Positions 7,400-15,389 of a stretch of DNA of 40,097 bases are shown one piece after another. Under the pieces are notes generated by a model. That model saw nothing but the letters and a program-made list of their open reading frames with translations, was not told the origin of the DNA and searched no databases. Origin of the DNA: a virus (lineage: Duplodnaviria; Caudoviricetes); the IMG/VR virus record IMGVR_UViG_3300012347_000048, positions 1-40,097 of that record; one strand, written 5' to 3'. Positions within the stretch are counted from its first letter, which is position 1. The number at the start of each line of letters is the position of its first letter. A program made the position numbers and the translations under genes.

Positions 7400-9404
7400 T
7401 CAAAGTATCCTTAAAAAGTTGATCAGCTTTCTTCTTTGACTCCATCTGTGCCAACGCAATGCGTTCGTTGGAGTCAATATCTTTCTCTTTAAGCATCAAA
7501 TCAGCCAGTTTTAAGCGTTTATCAAAGTCATCGCCGTTATCTAGGTTAGTAGAGGCAGCTTGAACAACTTTAACACGCAATTCTTCTGGCATTAACTGAG
7601 TTTCAACCATAGTTTGTTGAGCTTCAGCTTGATATTTCTGTGCTTGGGCTTGAGCAACTGCCAAATCAGCCTGCATTTTAGCCATAACAGCTTGTTGCTG
7701 CATCATCTGAGCTTCTTGCTGCTGTGGGTTAGGTTGACTCATTTGATCCAAGGCTGCAATCAACTCCATACGGTTGCTCAAAGAGCTATTACCTAAGATG
7801 CCTTTAAGGATCAGAGGCAGTACAGGAGTATCTGGGCCTAATGTCTGTAACAAAGCAATGAATTGTTGCTGTTCAAACTCACGAGCCAAGATACCCAAGG
7901 TTGCTGTGGGAATAAACTTCACATCAGCAGAAGGATAACGCTCAGAGTCGAACTGCATATAGCGCCATGCAGCTTTGTTAATGAAAGGAATCAGGAAGTC
8001 TTCTTGGAAGTTACTCAAGGTACGTTTGTACTTCTTGATGATGCCTGCCATAGCCATCGACATACCGCCAGCACCAGCGTCACGAGGAGCTGCTGAAGGC
8101 ATACCTGCACTGTCAACAGTACCGGTAGCTTGCAACAACAGACGTTCGTAGTTCTGGGAAGCAACAACCGAAGCTGGATCATGTACGCCAAACTTCAAAG
8201 GCATCATGATCTGGTTAGGATCACCGTTGGTCAGGAACGACTTACCGGGACGTACTTCAAACTTAGCACCACGAGGCAGTCGAGTGGCATCCATAGCCAT
8301 CATAGGAGCGCTTGTAAGGGCACGAGAGTCCATATCCATACGCAGGCTACCATCAATGGCTTTCTGCATATTGTAGGCCTTCTCAGCCGTACCACGACCG
8401 AATACACGACCGGGAACAGTGTCATCCTGATACAACATGACAGGACGATCCTTCATCATGTATGGATTAGCTTCTGCCTTCAGTAACTTGCTACCGTTAG
8501 CGATAACGATGATAGCTTCCACCAAGTCAGAATAGTCATCAGAAAGAGAATCTTCAGGGAAAAGATCAGCGACTTCTTCTTCATTCTCAAGTTGTTCCAA
8601 GTATTCACGAGGGACTAAACCGTAGTAAGTCAGCAAACGAACCTTACCATCTTGAAAGTTAGTCAGGTCATCTGTAGCTTCCAAATCATCATCAGGAGCA
8701 TCTAAGCCAAGATCAATCTTACGATAGATACCACTTTCCATGCCTTCAACGATTTTGTGAACAGACACAAACTTTTCAATGGCACATCCCATAGCATCAT
8801 CCAAGGATGTAGCGTTAGGGTCAACCAAGAAGTTCTTAGGGTTCACAGGAACCAGTTTAACTGCTGTACGGTCTTTCTCGGACACACCAATAGCAGCTTG
8901 ACCAATAACACCGGGAATTCTCTGAGTGGCAGGAGCATACTCTTTCTCGGTCTTAACGATAATCTCACCGATACCTGTACCGTAGATCTCAGCCATCAAC
9001 TCGATCTGGTCAATAGCCTTCTTAATCTTATCACGGGCAAAGTCTTCGTTCAACTTCAGCTTAATCTCTTCGACATCCAGAGGATTGCCGTTAACGTCCA
9101 TGATGTCATCTTTGATGTCAAAGAATTCGCCCTGACCGAATATAGCTTCCATGATCTCAGCATGACGAGTCTCGATAGCCTGCTGAGTAGCAGGGGAGAT
9201 GATTCGGCTACGCTCACTCTCACGAGTCTTGTCTTCAGCAGCCCATTGACCACGGAAAATACGCTCGTACTCAAGCCAAGCATCCAGATAGTTCTGATCA
9301 CGCCAGTCACGCCAGCTATCAGTGTGTGATACAACCCACTCAGCCAGTTCTTTGTCTGACTCTGTAGGCTCATCGAACTGAGATTGTTCTAAGTTATTTT
9401 CCAT
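7392..9404 (-). CDS. Portal protein
   Basis: 670 aa directly downstream of TerL; Gln-rich C-terminal coiled coil as in P22-like portal barrels. Confidence 0.85.
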   Translation of the reverse strand: MENNLEQSQFDEPTESDKELAEWVVSHTDSWRDWRDQNYLDAWLEYERIFRGQWAAEDKTRESERSRIISPATQQAIETRHAEIMEAIFGQGEFFDIKDDIMDVNGNPLDVEEIKLKLNEDFARDKIKKAIDQIELMAEIYGTGIGEIIVKTEKEYAPATQRIPGVIGQAAIGVSEKDRTAVKLVPVNPKNFLVDPNATSLDDAMGCAIEKFVSVHKIVEGMESGIYRKIDLGLDAPDDDLEATDDLTNFQDGKVRLLTYYGLVPREYLEQLENEEEVADLFPEDSLSDDYSDLVEAIIVIANGSKLLKAEANPYMMKDRPVMLYQDDTVPGRVFGRGTAEKAYNMQKAIDGSLRMDMDSRALTSAPMMAMDATRLPRGAKFEVRPGKSFLTNGDPNQIMMPLKFGVHDPASVVASQNYERLLLQATGTVDSAGMPSAAPRDAGAGGMSMAMAGIIKKYKRTLSNFQEDFLIPFINKAAWRYMQFDSERYPSADVKFIPTATLGILAREFEQQQFIALLQTLGPDTPVLPLILKGILGNSSLSNRMELIAALDQMSQPNPQQQEAQMMQQQAVMAKMQADLAVAQAQAQKYQAEAQQTMVETQLMPEELRVKVVQAASTNLDNGDDFDKRLKLADLMLKEKDIDSNERIALAQMESKKKADQLFKDTLNG

Positions 9405-9407
9405 TGT

Positions 9408-10664
9408 TTAGTATCCACTAATGTCATCATAAACCTCATATTCTTCCTCTTCAAAGTCAGGGAGGAATGATGAGACAGCAAGTTGTTCAACGTAAGCAAG
9501 AGCATCAACCAAGTCATCATGAACACCTTTGGTTGGAAACATTATGAGCTGATCCTTGAACTCTTCAAAGTCTTCATCCTCATTCAAGATGATATGACCA
9601 TGTTCAAATCTACCTTGTAATGCCCACACAACACGGTCAGTCTTCTTCTTGTTACCGTGAGTAAGTGTCTGAATATGAGCAAAGGTGTTGTACTGGCGCA
9701 TCATGTCCTGCAACACACCCATAACAGCGTTCATTGCTGTTCCTCGCTCAATACCAATCTGAATAGGCTGATACTCTTTAATGTTCTTCAAGATACGCAT
9801 ACAGGTGTCTTTAATGTCCCACCGTCCATGCTCAATCTTGTGAACATACCATTTGTTATCTGTACCGATCTTAACCACTGCTATCGCAGTTTCGTCCAGT
9901 CTCTTCTTGTTCTGGGAACCATCTGAGATGTTCTCAAAGCCTGCCAAGTCAATGGCGATGACGTAAGAACCATCTTTGGATACTTCACCTTCTTTAATCC
10001 ACTCAGGCTTGAAGATGTCAGAACCTGCTGTGTCAAAGCTAGACAAGTATTCCTGCTTGAACGCAAAGCTACTGAGGCTACGCTTGGCAGCTTCAATCTC
10101 TTTAGGGTCAATAGTCTCGTTATCAGCAGTGGTCTTGTGCCATGCCTTCCACTCTTCGTCTGTTCCATCCTGCCCCAGTTTAAAGACATCATAGAACCAG
10201 TTACGGCCAGAGGGAGTAGAGATAAATAAGGCTCTACCTTTTTTGTCAGACAGAGAAGCTCGAATGATCTTCTGCCATACATCTTCTTTAATAAAGGCAC
10301 ATTCGTCCATGACTACGTAGGTCAAAGACACACCTCGCAGAGAGTCCGGATTGTCAGCACCACGTACAAGGATCTTCTTACCGTTGATCAGTGTAATCTC
10401 AAGGTTATTGATATGGGAAGACTTGATCACTGGACGACCAAGCTCATGGAGCAAGTCCCAGATAATCGTACGAGCTTGTCCCAAGGTAGGGGCAATATAC
10501 ATTACCGCAGAGCCTTCAGGACAGTTCAGAGCCTCAATGAGTAAGGTAACAGCAGACAGACGAGACTTACCACACCGGCGACCAGCAGCTACAACCTTGA
10601 AACGGGTAGTGTCTTTAAAGACCTCTTGCTGCCAGTTAAGCAATGCAAAGTTAAGTTCAGACAT
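9408..10664 (-). CDS. terL: Terminase large subunit
   Basis: Walker A 'AGRRCGKS', Walker B 'VVMDE', motif III 'ISTP', nuclease 'IDLA' and 'HDDLVDALAY'. Confidence 0.95.
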   Translation of the reverse strand: MSELNFALLNWQQEVFKDTTRFKVVAAGRRCGKSRLSAVTLLIEALNCPEGSAVMYIAPTLGQARTIIWDLLHELGRPVIKSSHINNLEITLINGKKILVRGADNPDSLRGVSLTYVVMDECAFIKEDVWQKIIRASLSDKKGRALFISTPSGRNWFYDVFKLGQDGTDEEWKAWHKTTADNETIDPKEIEAAKRSLSSFAFKQEYLSSFDTAGSDIFKPEWIKEGEVSKDGSYVIAIDLAGFENISDGSQNKKRLDETAIAVVKIGTDNKWYVHKIEHGRWDIKDTCMRILKNIKEYQPIQIGIERGTAMNAVMGVLQDMMRQYNTFAHIQTLTHGNKKKTDRVVWALQGRFEHGHIILNEDEDFEEFKDQLIMFPTKGVHDDLVDALAYVEQLAVSSFLPDFEEEEYEVYDDISGY

Positions 10665-11016
10665 CAATTATGTCCTCATCGGTACTGACCATTGGCTGGT
10701 TAAGGCCTGTAATGTTGATAGAGATCTGAGGAGTACCTCCACCTTGTTTTGCTGCCTCAAAGGACGACACAGGAACAATCCTATCGACAATCAGCTTCCA
10801 TGCAGCAGCTTGGTTCTTGTGTTCATCATTAAGAGCTGCATCGTAAATAGCCTCTAAGACCTTAGCACTCTTAGGCGAGTTAAGCATACGTAGCTTATAC
10901 TCATTGATGATAGCAGCCTCTCCTTTAGGACGACCTACTGATCTACTTTCTTTAATTTCTGTAAGCTCTGACTTCTTTGGTCTTCCAGCTTTACGCTTAG
11001 GTAATTCATTTTCCAT
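10657..11016 (-). CDS. Terminase small subunit (putative)
   Basis: 119 aa overlapping the TerL start; two AT-hook-like GRPK motifs; C-terminal 'ISINITG' strand. Confidence 0.7.
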   Translation of the reverse strand: MENELPKRKAGRPKKSELTEIKESRSVGRPKGEAAIINEYKLRMLNSPKSAKVLEAIYDAALNDEHKNQAAAWKLIVDRIVPVSSFEAAKQGGGTPQISINITGLNQPMVSTDEDIIDV

Positions 11017-11092
11017 TTGTCTTTATCCTTTCTGTTAGGGAGACAACCTACTTGTAGATAGACAATCCATCTATGCTTAAAGTACTTTAAAG

Positions 11093-11177
11093 GAACGTAT
11101 AAGTTAAGAACTTACTAAGTTATATATTATAAGTACTTATCTAAGTATATTACTTATAGTATTTAACTTATACATTC
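11093..11177. repeat. AT-rich imperfect palindrome
   Basis: Arms GAACGTATAAGTTAA (11093-11107) and TTAACTTATACATTC (11163-11177), central palindrome ATAAGTACTTAT (11129-11140). Confidence 0.7.
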
Positions 11178-11257
11178 GTTGTATCAACTGTGCAGATTCC
11201 TGCTAAGTCCTTAAGAGTCCATCACCTTCTTAGTTACTTCTATTTCCTATTACGTAT

Positions 11258-11286
11258 ATTATACCATACTTTAAAGCACTTGTCAA
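11258..11286 (-). promoter_or_regulatory. Perfect sigma70 promoter for the packaging/structural arm
   Basis: TTGACA-17 bp-TATAAT with TG extension on the minus strand, upstream of the terminase genes. Confidence 0.85.
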
Positions 11287-11411
11287 GCTTTTTCTTCATC
11301 TTGTTACAATTTATTACATCTTTTACACTTCTTTGCACTTCCATGCCCCGTTGAAGTCCACCATTAGAGTCTAAACACTATAGTTTGTCTAGTTCTTATA
11401 CTTTTCTTGTA

Positions 11412-11424
11412 TATCAACTACTTA
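11412..11424 (+). promoter_or_regulatory. IHF-binding consensus site
   Basis: TATCAACTACTTA matches WATCAANNNNTTR, with a T-rich tract 5' of it. Confidence 0.5.
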
Positions 11425-11595
11425 GCGCTTTAAGTGACTGGGTCTAATCTGTCCCCAATTAAGTCTATTTTTACCCTTTTGTGAGCGTCAGAGGCTCCTG
11501 CAACATTCAACACACTAGCCTTACCCCTCCCCCCATCAAAGTATCAGCCAAGGCTTATATAAGTCTATGCTTATGCACCAATGTAGTGCTCTAAA

Positions 11596-11628
11596 GTTAT
11601 CCACAGGTTATCCACAGGTTATCCACAG
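11596..11628 (+). promoter_or_regulatory. Three tandem perfect DnaA boxes (11-bp period)
   Basis: (GTTATCCACAG)x3; TTATCCACA at 11597, 11608 and 11619. Confidence 0.75.
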
Positions 11629-11775
11629 GCATGGTTGTGTACGGTAGCGAACACTGTAATGTATACAATCCTGTGCACACATAAGTGAGGGATGAAGCAG
11701 GTGCCTATGAAGTATACTTCAAGCCTAATGTTACAGTATGCAATATAGTACACGTCATTGTATCGGCAAAGTATA

Positions 11776-11836
11776 ATTGTAACAGTTTGTAACAGTCTAA
11801 TAAAAGCTATTGACAATGCCAAAACTATGCTACAAT
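11776..11836 (+). promoter_or_regulatory. Early sigma70-type promoter with upstream tandem TGTAACA sites
   Basis: TGTAACA at 11778 and 11788; TTGACA 11810-11815; TGcTACAAT extended -10 (TACAAT at 11831-11836); spacer is only 15 bp. Confidence 0.65.
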
Positions 11837-11872
11837 CAACCCATGTTCAACAAAACTAACAAGGTAAACACA

Positions 11873-11977
11873 ATGTCAGACAATGCAAAGTTTGTAGCGG
11901 GTATGCTAATTATCGTGGGCATGGTAGCACTAGGGTTTGTCCTAGTTGCTTCATACTTCGATATACTGGTAAAGTAA
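11873..11977 (+). CDS. Small single-TM membrane peptide (first early gene)
   Basis: Manually read MSDNAKFVAGMLIIVGMVALGFVLVASYFDILVK (34 aa), AAGG RBS. Confidence 0.55.
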   Translation: MSDNAKFVAGMLIIVGMVALGFVLVASYFDILVK

Positions 11978-12026
11978 CGCTATCAATCAATCAATTGGCT
12001 ACGGCCATAACTTTAAAGGTTTAAAC

Positions 12027-12671
12027 ATGATCAAAATCTCTAAAACATCCAAGCTTGACGGCATCCGTAGCTGGTCACTTCAAGCATTAGAAACTTGTCC
12101 CGGTAGTATCGCTTCACCGGGCGTACTGGTTGACGCCTGCAAGGGTTGCTATGCCACTACAGGTAACTATAATTACCCTAACGTTAAGGCGCCTAGGTTG
12201 TCTAACCGCGAAGACTGGCAAAGGCTTGACTGGGTTAGCGATATGGGGCAAGCCTTAGATTCCGACCGATATTTCCGCTGGTTTGATTCGGGAGATATGT
12301 ACACGTTAGGGCTTGCAGAAAAGATTCTCGAAGTCATGACGTTAACGCCATGGTGCAAGCATTGGTTACCTACACGTATGCACAAATTCCCTAAATTCTC
12401 GCTTGTCTTGCAAGCCATGCAAGCTTTGCCTAACGTATCGGTTAGGTTTTCATCCGATAGCGTACAAGGTGAATTTATCGAAGGCTTGCACGGTAGCGTT
12501 ATCGTACCGGATAGCGAGACTTTGCCCGCTGGTGTATCATTGTGCCGCGCTTATGAGCATGAAGGGAAATGTTCAGGTTGTCGCGCTTGTTGGGATACAT
12601 CCGTTAATGTTATCGCTTACCCAGCGCACGGGCGTAAAATGGCTAAAGTTATCCGTATCATGCAAGGTTGA
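12027..12671 (+). CDS. GP88-like Cys-rich protein (radical-SAM-like)
   Basis: 'SKTSKL..SWSL..CPGS..CKGCYA', 'FRWFDSGD', 'HWLPTR', C-terminal 'CSGCRACW'. Confidence 0.7.
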   Translation: MIKISKTSKLDGIRSWSLQALETCPGSIASPGVLVDACKGCYATTGNYNYPNVKAPRLSNREDWQRLDWVSDMGQALDSDRYFRWFDSGDMYTLGLAEKILEVMTLTPWCKHWLPTRMHKFPKFSLVLQAMQALPNVSVRFSSDSVQGEFIEGLHGSVIVPDSETLPAGVSLCRAYEHEGKCSGCRACWDTSVNVIAYPAHGRKMAKVIRIMQG

Positions 12672-12674
12672 CCT

Positions 12675-12851
12675 ATGACCGATAAAACCGTTGTTTATCT
12701 GTATGACGTATGCGGATTGTCGCTTGAATCTATAGCGTTACAATCCGGATATAGTCTAGAACGTGTTCAAGCTATCGTAGGTAAACCGCCTAGCTATCCG
12801 CTAGCGTATACGCCTAGAAACCGCTATAGTAACTGGGTTAATGGTAAGTGA
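12675..12851 (+). CDS. Small putative helix-turn-helix protein
   Basis: Manually read 58 aa MTDKTVVYLYDVCGLSLESIALQSGYSLERVQAIVGKPP...; 'GLSLESIA...GYS...V..I' fits an HTH pattern. Confidence 0.5.
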   Translation: MTDKTVVYLYDVCGLSLESIALQSGYSLERVQAIVGKPPSYPLAYTPRNRYSNWVNGK

Positions 12852-12936
12852 CTGATTCGAGACTGTAGCATCCTGACATTGTCAGGGTGTTATGGCCTAC
12901 AATCCGTAGGTTTAACCAATGATTGAAAGTTACATC

Positions 12937-13170
12937 ATGCAAACCCTTAGCACGATTGCGCGTGAAATCTCACGTGACTGGAAAAACGTTAACTATGCGG
13001 CAAGGCCGTACCTTGAAGCTATGCGCTCACTTGATAGTGTCAACGATAGCTATTATCAAGATAGTGCAAAATCCGTAGTGTTCTATTTTCTAGCTAACGC
13101 TAGCGGCTATCGCGGCGATACGGCGAAGGCCCACAAGGCCGCCCTAAAAGCCATTGTAGGCATCAAATAA
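12937..13170 (+). CDS. Conserved phage hypothetical protein
   Basis: 'IAREI..DW...YAARPYLEAM...YFLANA..RG' resembles a widespread early phage protein; start at 12919 or 12937. Confidence 0.65.
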   Translation: MQTLSTIAREISRDWKNVNYAARPYLEAMRSLDSVNDSYYQDSAKSVVFYFLANASGYRGDTAKAHKAALKAIVGIK

Positions 13171-13189
13171 CATTGACTAGGGGTAAGAT

Positions 13190-13393
13190 ATGGCAAAGCA
13201 TAAATTCAAGGCTGGGGACGTCATACGTGTCGGCCTAGATTGGGAATTCTACACGTTAGTTAAGCAAGCAGGGCCTAGGCGCGGCTGGTACGTTAGGGTA
13301 TACGGGTACCCTGAGGGTAGTATCTATCGCTTTATGGCTAAGACTATGCGCGAAGCTTCGATTGTGACCAATGAAAACTTAATTGTGGGGTAA
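13190..13393 (+). CDS. Hypothetical protein
   Basis: 67-aa ORF, 'KFKAGDVIRV' SH3-like start, in the tightly packed early operon. Confidence 0.55.
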   Translation: MAKHKFKAGDVIRVGLDWEFYTLVKQAGPRRGWYVRVYGYPEGSIYRFMAKTMREASIVTNENLIVG

Positions 13394-13396
13394 CCT

Positions 13397-13597
13397 ATGA
13401 GATATGAAGTCCAATTCAGATCATCCGGCATAGTGGCCTTCAGTGCCTCTGAACGTGCTATCTGCCAACACTGGTACGATTGCAACAACTACGGGCCTGA
13501 GATGGCCTATTGTGACCCTGACACGGGGGAGATTGTCCCCGATAAGTGGGTTAAGGGCGAATGCCTTGAATTGTTCACTATCAAGAGGGTGAAATGA
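13397..13597 (+). CDS. Hypothetical protein
   Basis: 66 aa; stop overlaps the next start (ATGA). Confidence 0.55.
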   Translation: MRYEVQFRSSGIVAFSASERAICQHWYDCNNYGPEMAYCDPDTGEIVPDKWVKGECLELFTIKRVK

Positions 13598-13782
13598 TGC
13601 ACACATATGAGCTAGAAATCCACCAAGTGAAGCACTACTACTATAGGGAAACAGTACAGGCTAAAAATCGTGCCTCAGCCTTTAGGATGCTACAATCGAG
13701 GCTTGATAACGATAAAATTAAGTTTCAACTTGATGACACGGAGATTGTCGATGCACAGGCATACAAACTTAGCACTTTGTAA
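13594..13782 (+). CDS. Hypothetical protein
   Basis: 62 aa; GAGGG RBS; translationally coupled. Confidence 0.55.
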   Translation: MMHTYELEIHQVKHYYYRETVQAKNRASAFRMLQSRLDNDKIKFQLDDTEIVDAQAYKLSTL

Positions 13783-13792
13783 TGAGGGCCGT

Positions 13793-13888
13793 GTGATATG
13801 GCCTTTCCCGTCCTTTCCCAATCCATTGGACACTGGACATAAACGTCCTAAATTCAACCCTGCTAACCATGAGGATGCACTACTATGA
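13793..13888 (+). CDS. Small Pro-rich peptide (WPFP...EDALL)
   Basis: GTG start after GAGGG; fills the gap between neighbours and overlaps the next start (ATGA). Confidence 0.4.
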   Translation: MIWPFPSFPNPLDTGHKRPKFNPANHEDALL

Positions 13889-14241
13889 CAATCATCAAAA
13901 CATCTGAATTGACAGGCGCTACCCTTGATTGGGCGGTGGCGAAGTGTGAAGGCGCACCTGAGTACGTGCTGAACAAGCCTTGGCGTGCATCCGAACTGAT
14001 TGAACCTTACTCAACCTACTGGGCAGTAGGTGGGCCGATCATTGAGCAAATGGGGGACTACTGCCAAGAAGGGGATAAAGCTAAAGGGCATTACTCCTGC
14101 TCAACACCCAGCGTTGCACAGGATTGGCACACCCACCCAGTAAAGGCCACTGGCCCAACACCCCTGATCGCCGCCATGCGTTGCTACGTTGCGTCCAAGC
14201 TGGGATATACCGTCGATGTACCTGAGGAACTTACAAAATGA
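13885..14241 (+). CDS. NinX/DUF2591 family protein
   Basis: 'ELTGATLDWAVAKCEG...YST.W..GGPIIE...GPTPLIAAMRCYVASKLG'. Confidence 0.8.
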   Translation: MTIIKTSELTGATLDWAVAKCEGAPEYVLNKPWRASELIEPYSTYWAVGGPIIEQMGDYCQEGDKAKGHYSCSTPSVAQDWHTHPVKATGPTPLIAAMRCYVASKLGYTVDVPEELTK

Positions 14242-14462
14242 CCAAGATCAAGCAATTCACATACACAATCAAAGGGTGCGAATGGTACGGCCTTTGTGAG
14301 GTACAGTCTATTGAGGCCTTGCCCTTGATCGTTCGGTGCACTGACCTATACCTTGAAGGATACTGTGACGACTCACCGCCAGACATGAGGGATGTAGTAG
14401 ACTATCAAATAATCCTTGACATTGAGGATATGGTAAGGATTGAGCATGAGAACGGTAACTAA
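14238..14462 (+). CDS. Hypothetical protein
   Basis: 74 aa; GAGG RBS; coupled to the previous gene. Confidence 0.55.
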   Translation: MTKIKQFTYTIKGCEWYGLCEVQSIEALPLIVRCTDLYLEGYCDDSPPDMRDVVDYQIILDIEDMVRIEHENGN

Positions 14463-14479
14463 CAGTTAAAGGAACAGAA

Positions 14480-14947
14480 ATGATTACTTTCGAGAAAAAT
14501 GTTAAAGGAAAACACATTTTAGGTAATGCACTGGTGTACGGTAATGCACAGGTGTACGGTAATGCACAGGTGTCCGGTAATGCACAGGTGTACGGTAATG
14601 CACAGGTGTCCGGTAATGCAGAGGTGTCCGGTAATGCACGGGTGTCCGGTAATGCACGGGTGTACGGGGATGCACAGGTGTCCGGTAATGCACAGGTGTC
14701 CGGTGATGGTTTAATTGAGAAAACATCCGATTACTTGGTAGTCGGCCCTGCAAAGTCTTCTAGACGATTCACCACTGCTCACAAAGACTCTAAAATTGGT
14801 ATCCGTGTAAATTGTGGATGCTTTAGTGGCACTGTGAAAGAGTTTTCAAAGGCTATTGAGGAGACACACAAGGACAACAAAGAGCATTTAGAACAGTACC
14901 GATTGTTCTGTCAACTGATAGCCTTTAACTTTGGAGTCACAGAATGA
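14480..14947 (+). CDS. Hexapeptide-repeat (left-handed beta-helix-like) protein
   Basis: 10 x GNAxV(Y/S) followed by the conserved 'GCFSGT..EF...I.ETH' C-terminal domain. Confidence 0.8.
   Translation: MITFEKNVKGKHILGNALVYGNAQVYGNAQVSGNAQVYGNAQVSGNAEVSGNARVSGNARVYGDAQVSGNAQVSGDGLIEKTSDYLVVGPAKSSRRFTTAHKDSKIGIRVNCGCFSGTVKEFSKAIEETHKDNKEHLEQYRLFCQLIAFNFGVTE
14522..14701 (+). repeat. 18-bp coding tandem repeat, 10 copies
   Basis: GGTAATGCACAGGTGT(A/C)C units. Confidence 0.9.
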
Positions 14948-15027
14948 ACCTTAACCATTGGCTGGCGCTATTCGTGGTACTTTGTGCGTACTTGATCGGG
15001 GGATACTATGATTCGCTGGCTTATTGA
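14944..15027 (+). CDS. Small hydrophobic peptide
   Basis: Manually read MNLNHWLALFVVLCAYLIGGYYDSLAY; GGAG RBS; ATGA overlap. Confidence 0.45.
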   Translation: MNLNHWLALFVVLCAYLIGGYYDSLAY

Positions 15028-15135
15028 TCTACTGTTACCCTCACGAAAGCCTCTAGGAAGCGTTTAAACGCTCAGGAAGGCCATCAAATTAACCGTCTAA
15101 GGGCATTGCCTACCTAGACACTGAAAGGAGCTATA

Positions 15136-15375
15136 ATGACACGCTGTGTATGTTGTGACAAGAAACTGAAAGATCATGAGGCAGTGCGCCGTCATGCCAT
15201 TACTAACGAATTCCTTGACATCTGTGACGGATGTTTGAAGGAGATTCCGGGATTGCCGACAAAGTTGCCTACCGGAGTCATCGTTGAAGCTGATCCGTTC
15301 GAAGACAGTGAAACCAACGATGTAGACATCGACGATGTTACACATTGTTACAATTTAGACCTTGACAAGGATTGA
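15136..15375 (+). CDS. Zinc-finger protein with acidic tail
   Basis: CxxC...CxxC; AAGGAG RBS. Confidence 0.6.
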   Translation: MTRCVCCDKKLKDHEAVRRHAITNEFLDICDGCLKEIPGLPTKLPTGVIVEADPFEDSETNDVDIDDVTHCYNLDLDKD

Positions 15376-15389
15376 AATGTGCGTATAAT
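15336..15389 (+). promoter_or_regulatory. Sigma70 promoter with upstream tandem TGTTACA sites
   Basis: TGTTACA at 15336 and 15346; TTGACA 15362-15367, 16-bp spacer, TATAAT 15384-15389. Confidence 0.75.

Noticed and set aside
11619-11822. 67-aa minus-strand ORF in the divergent gap
   Set aside because: Overlaps the promoter and DnaA boxes, has no RBS and does not look like a protein.
14502-14753. CRISPR-like array or repetitive alternative-frame ORFs
   Set aside because: Contiguous 18-bp units without spacers; fully explained by the hexapeptide-repeat CDS.
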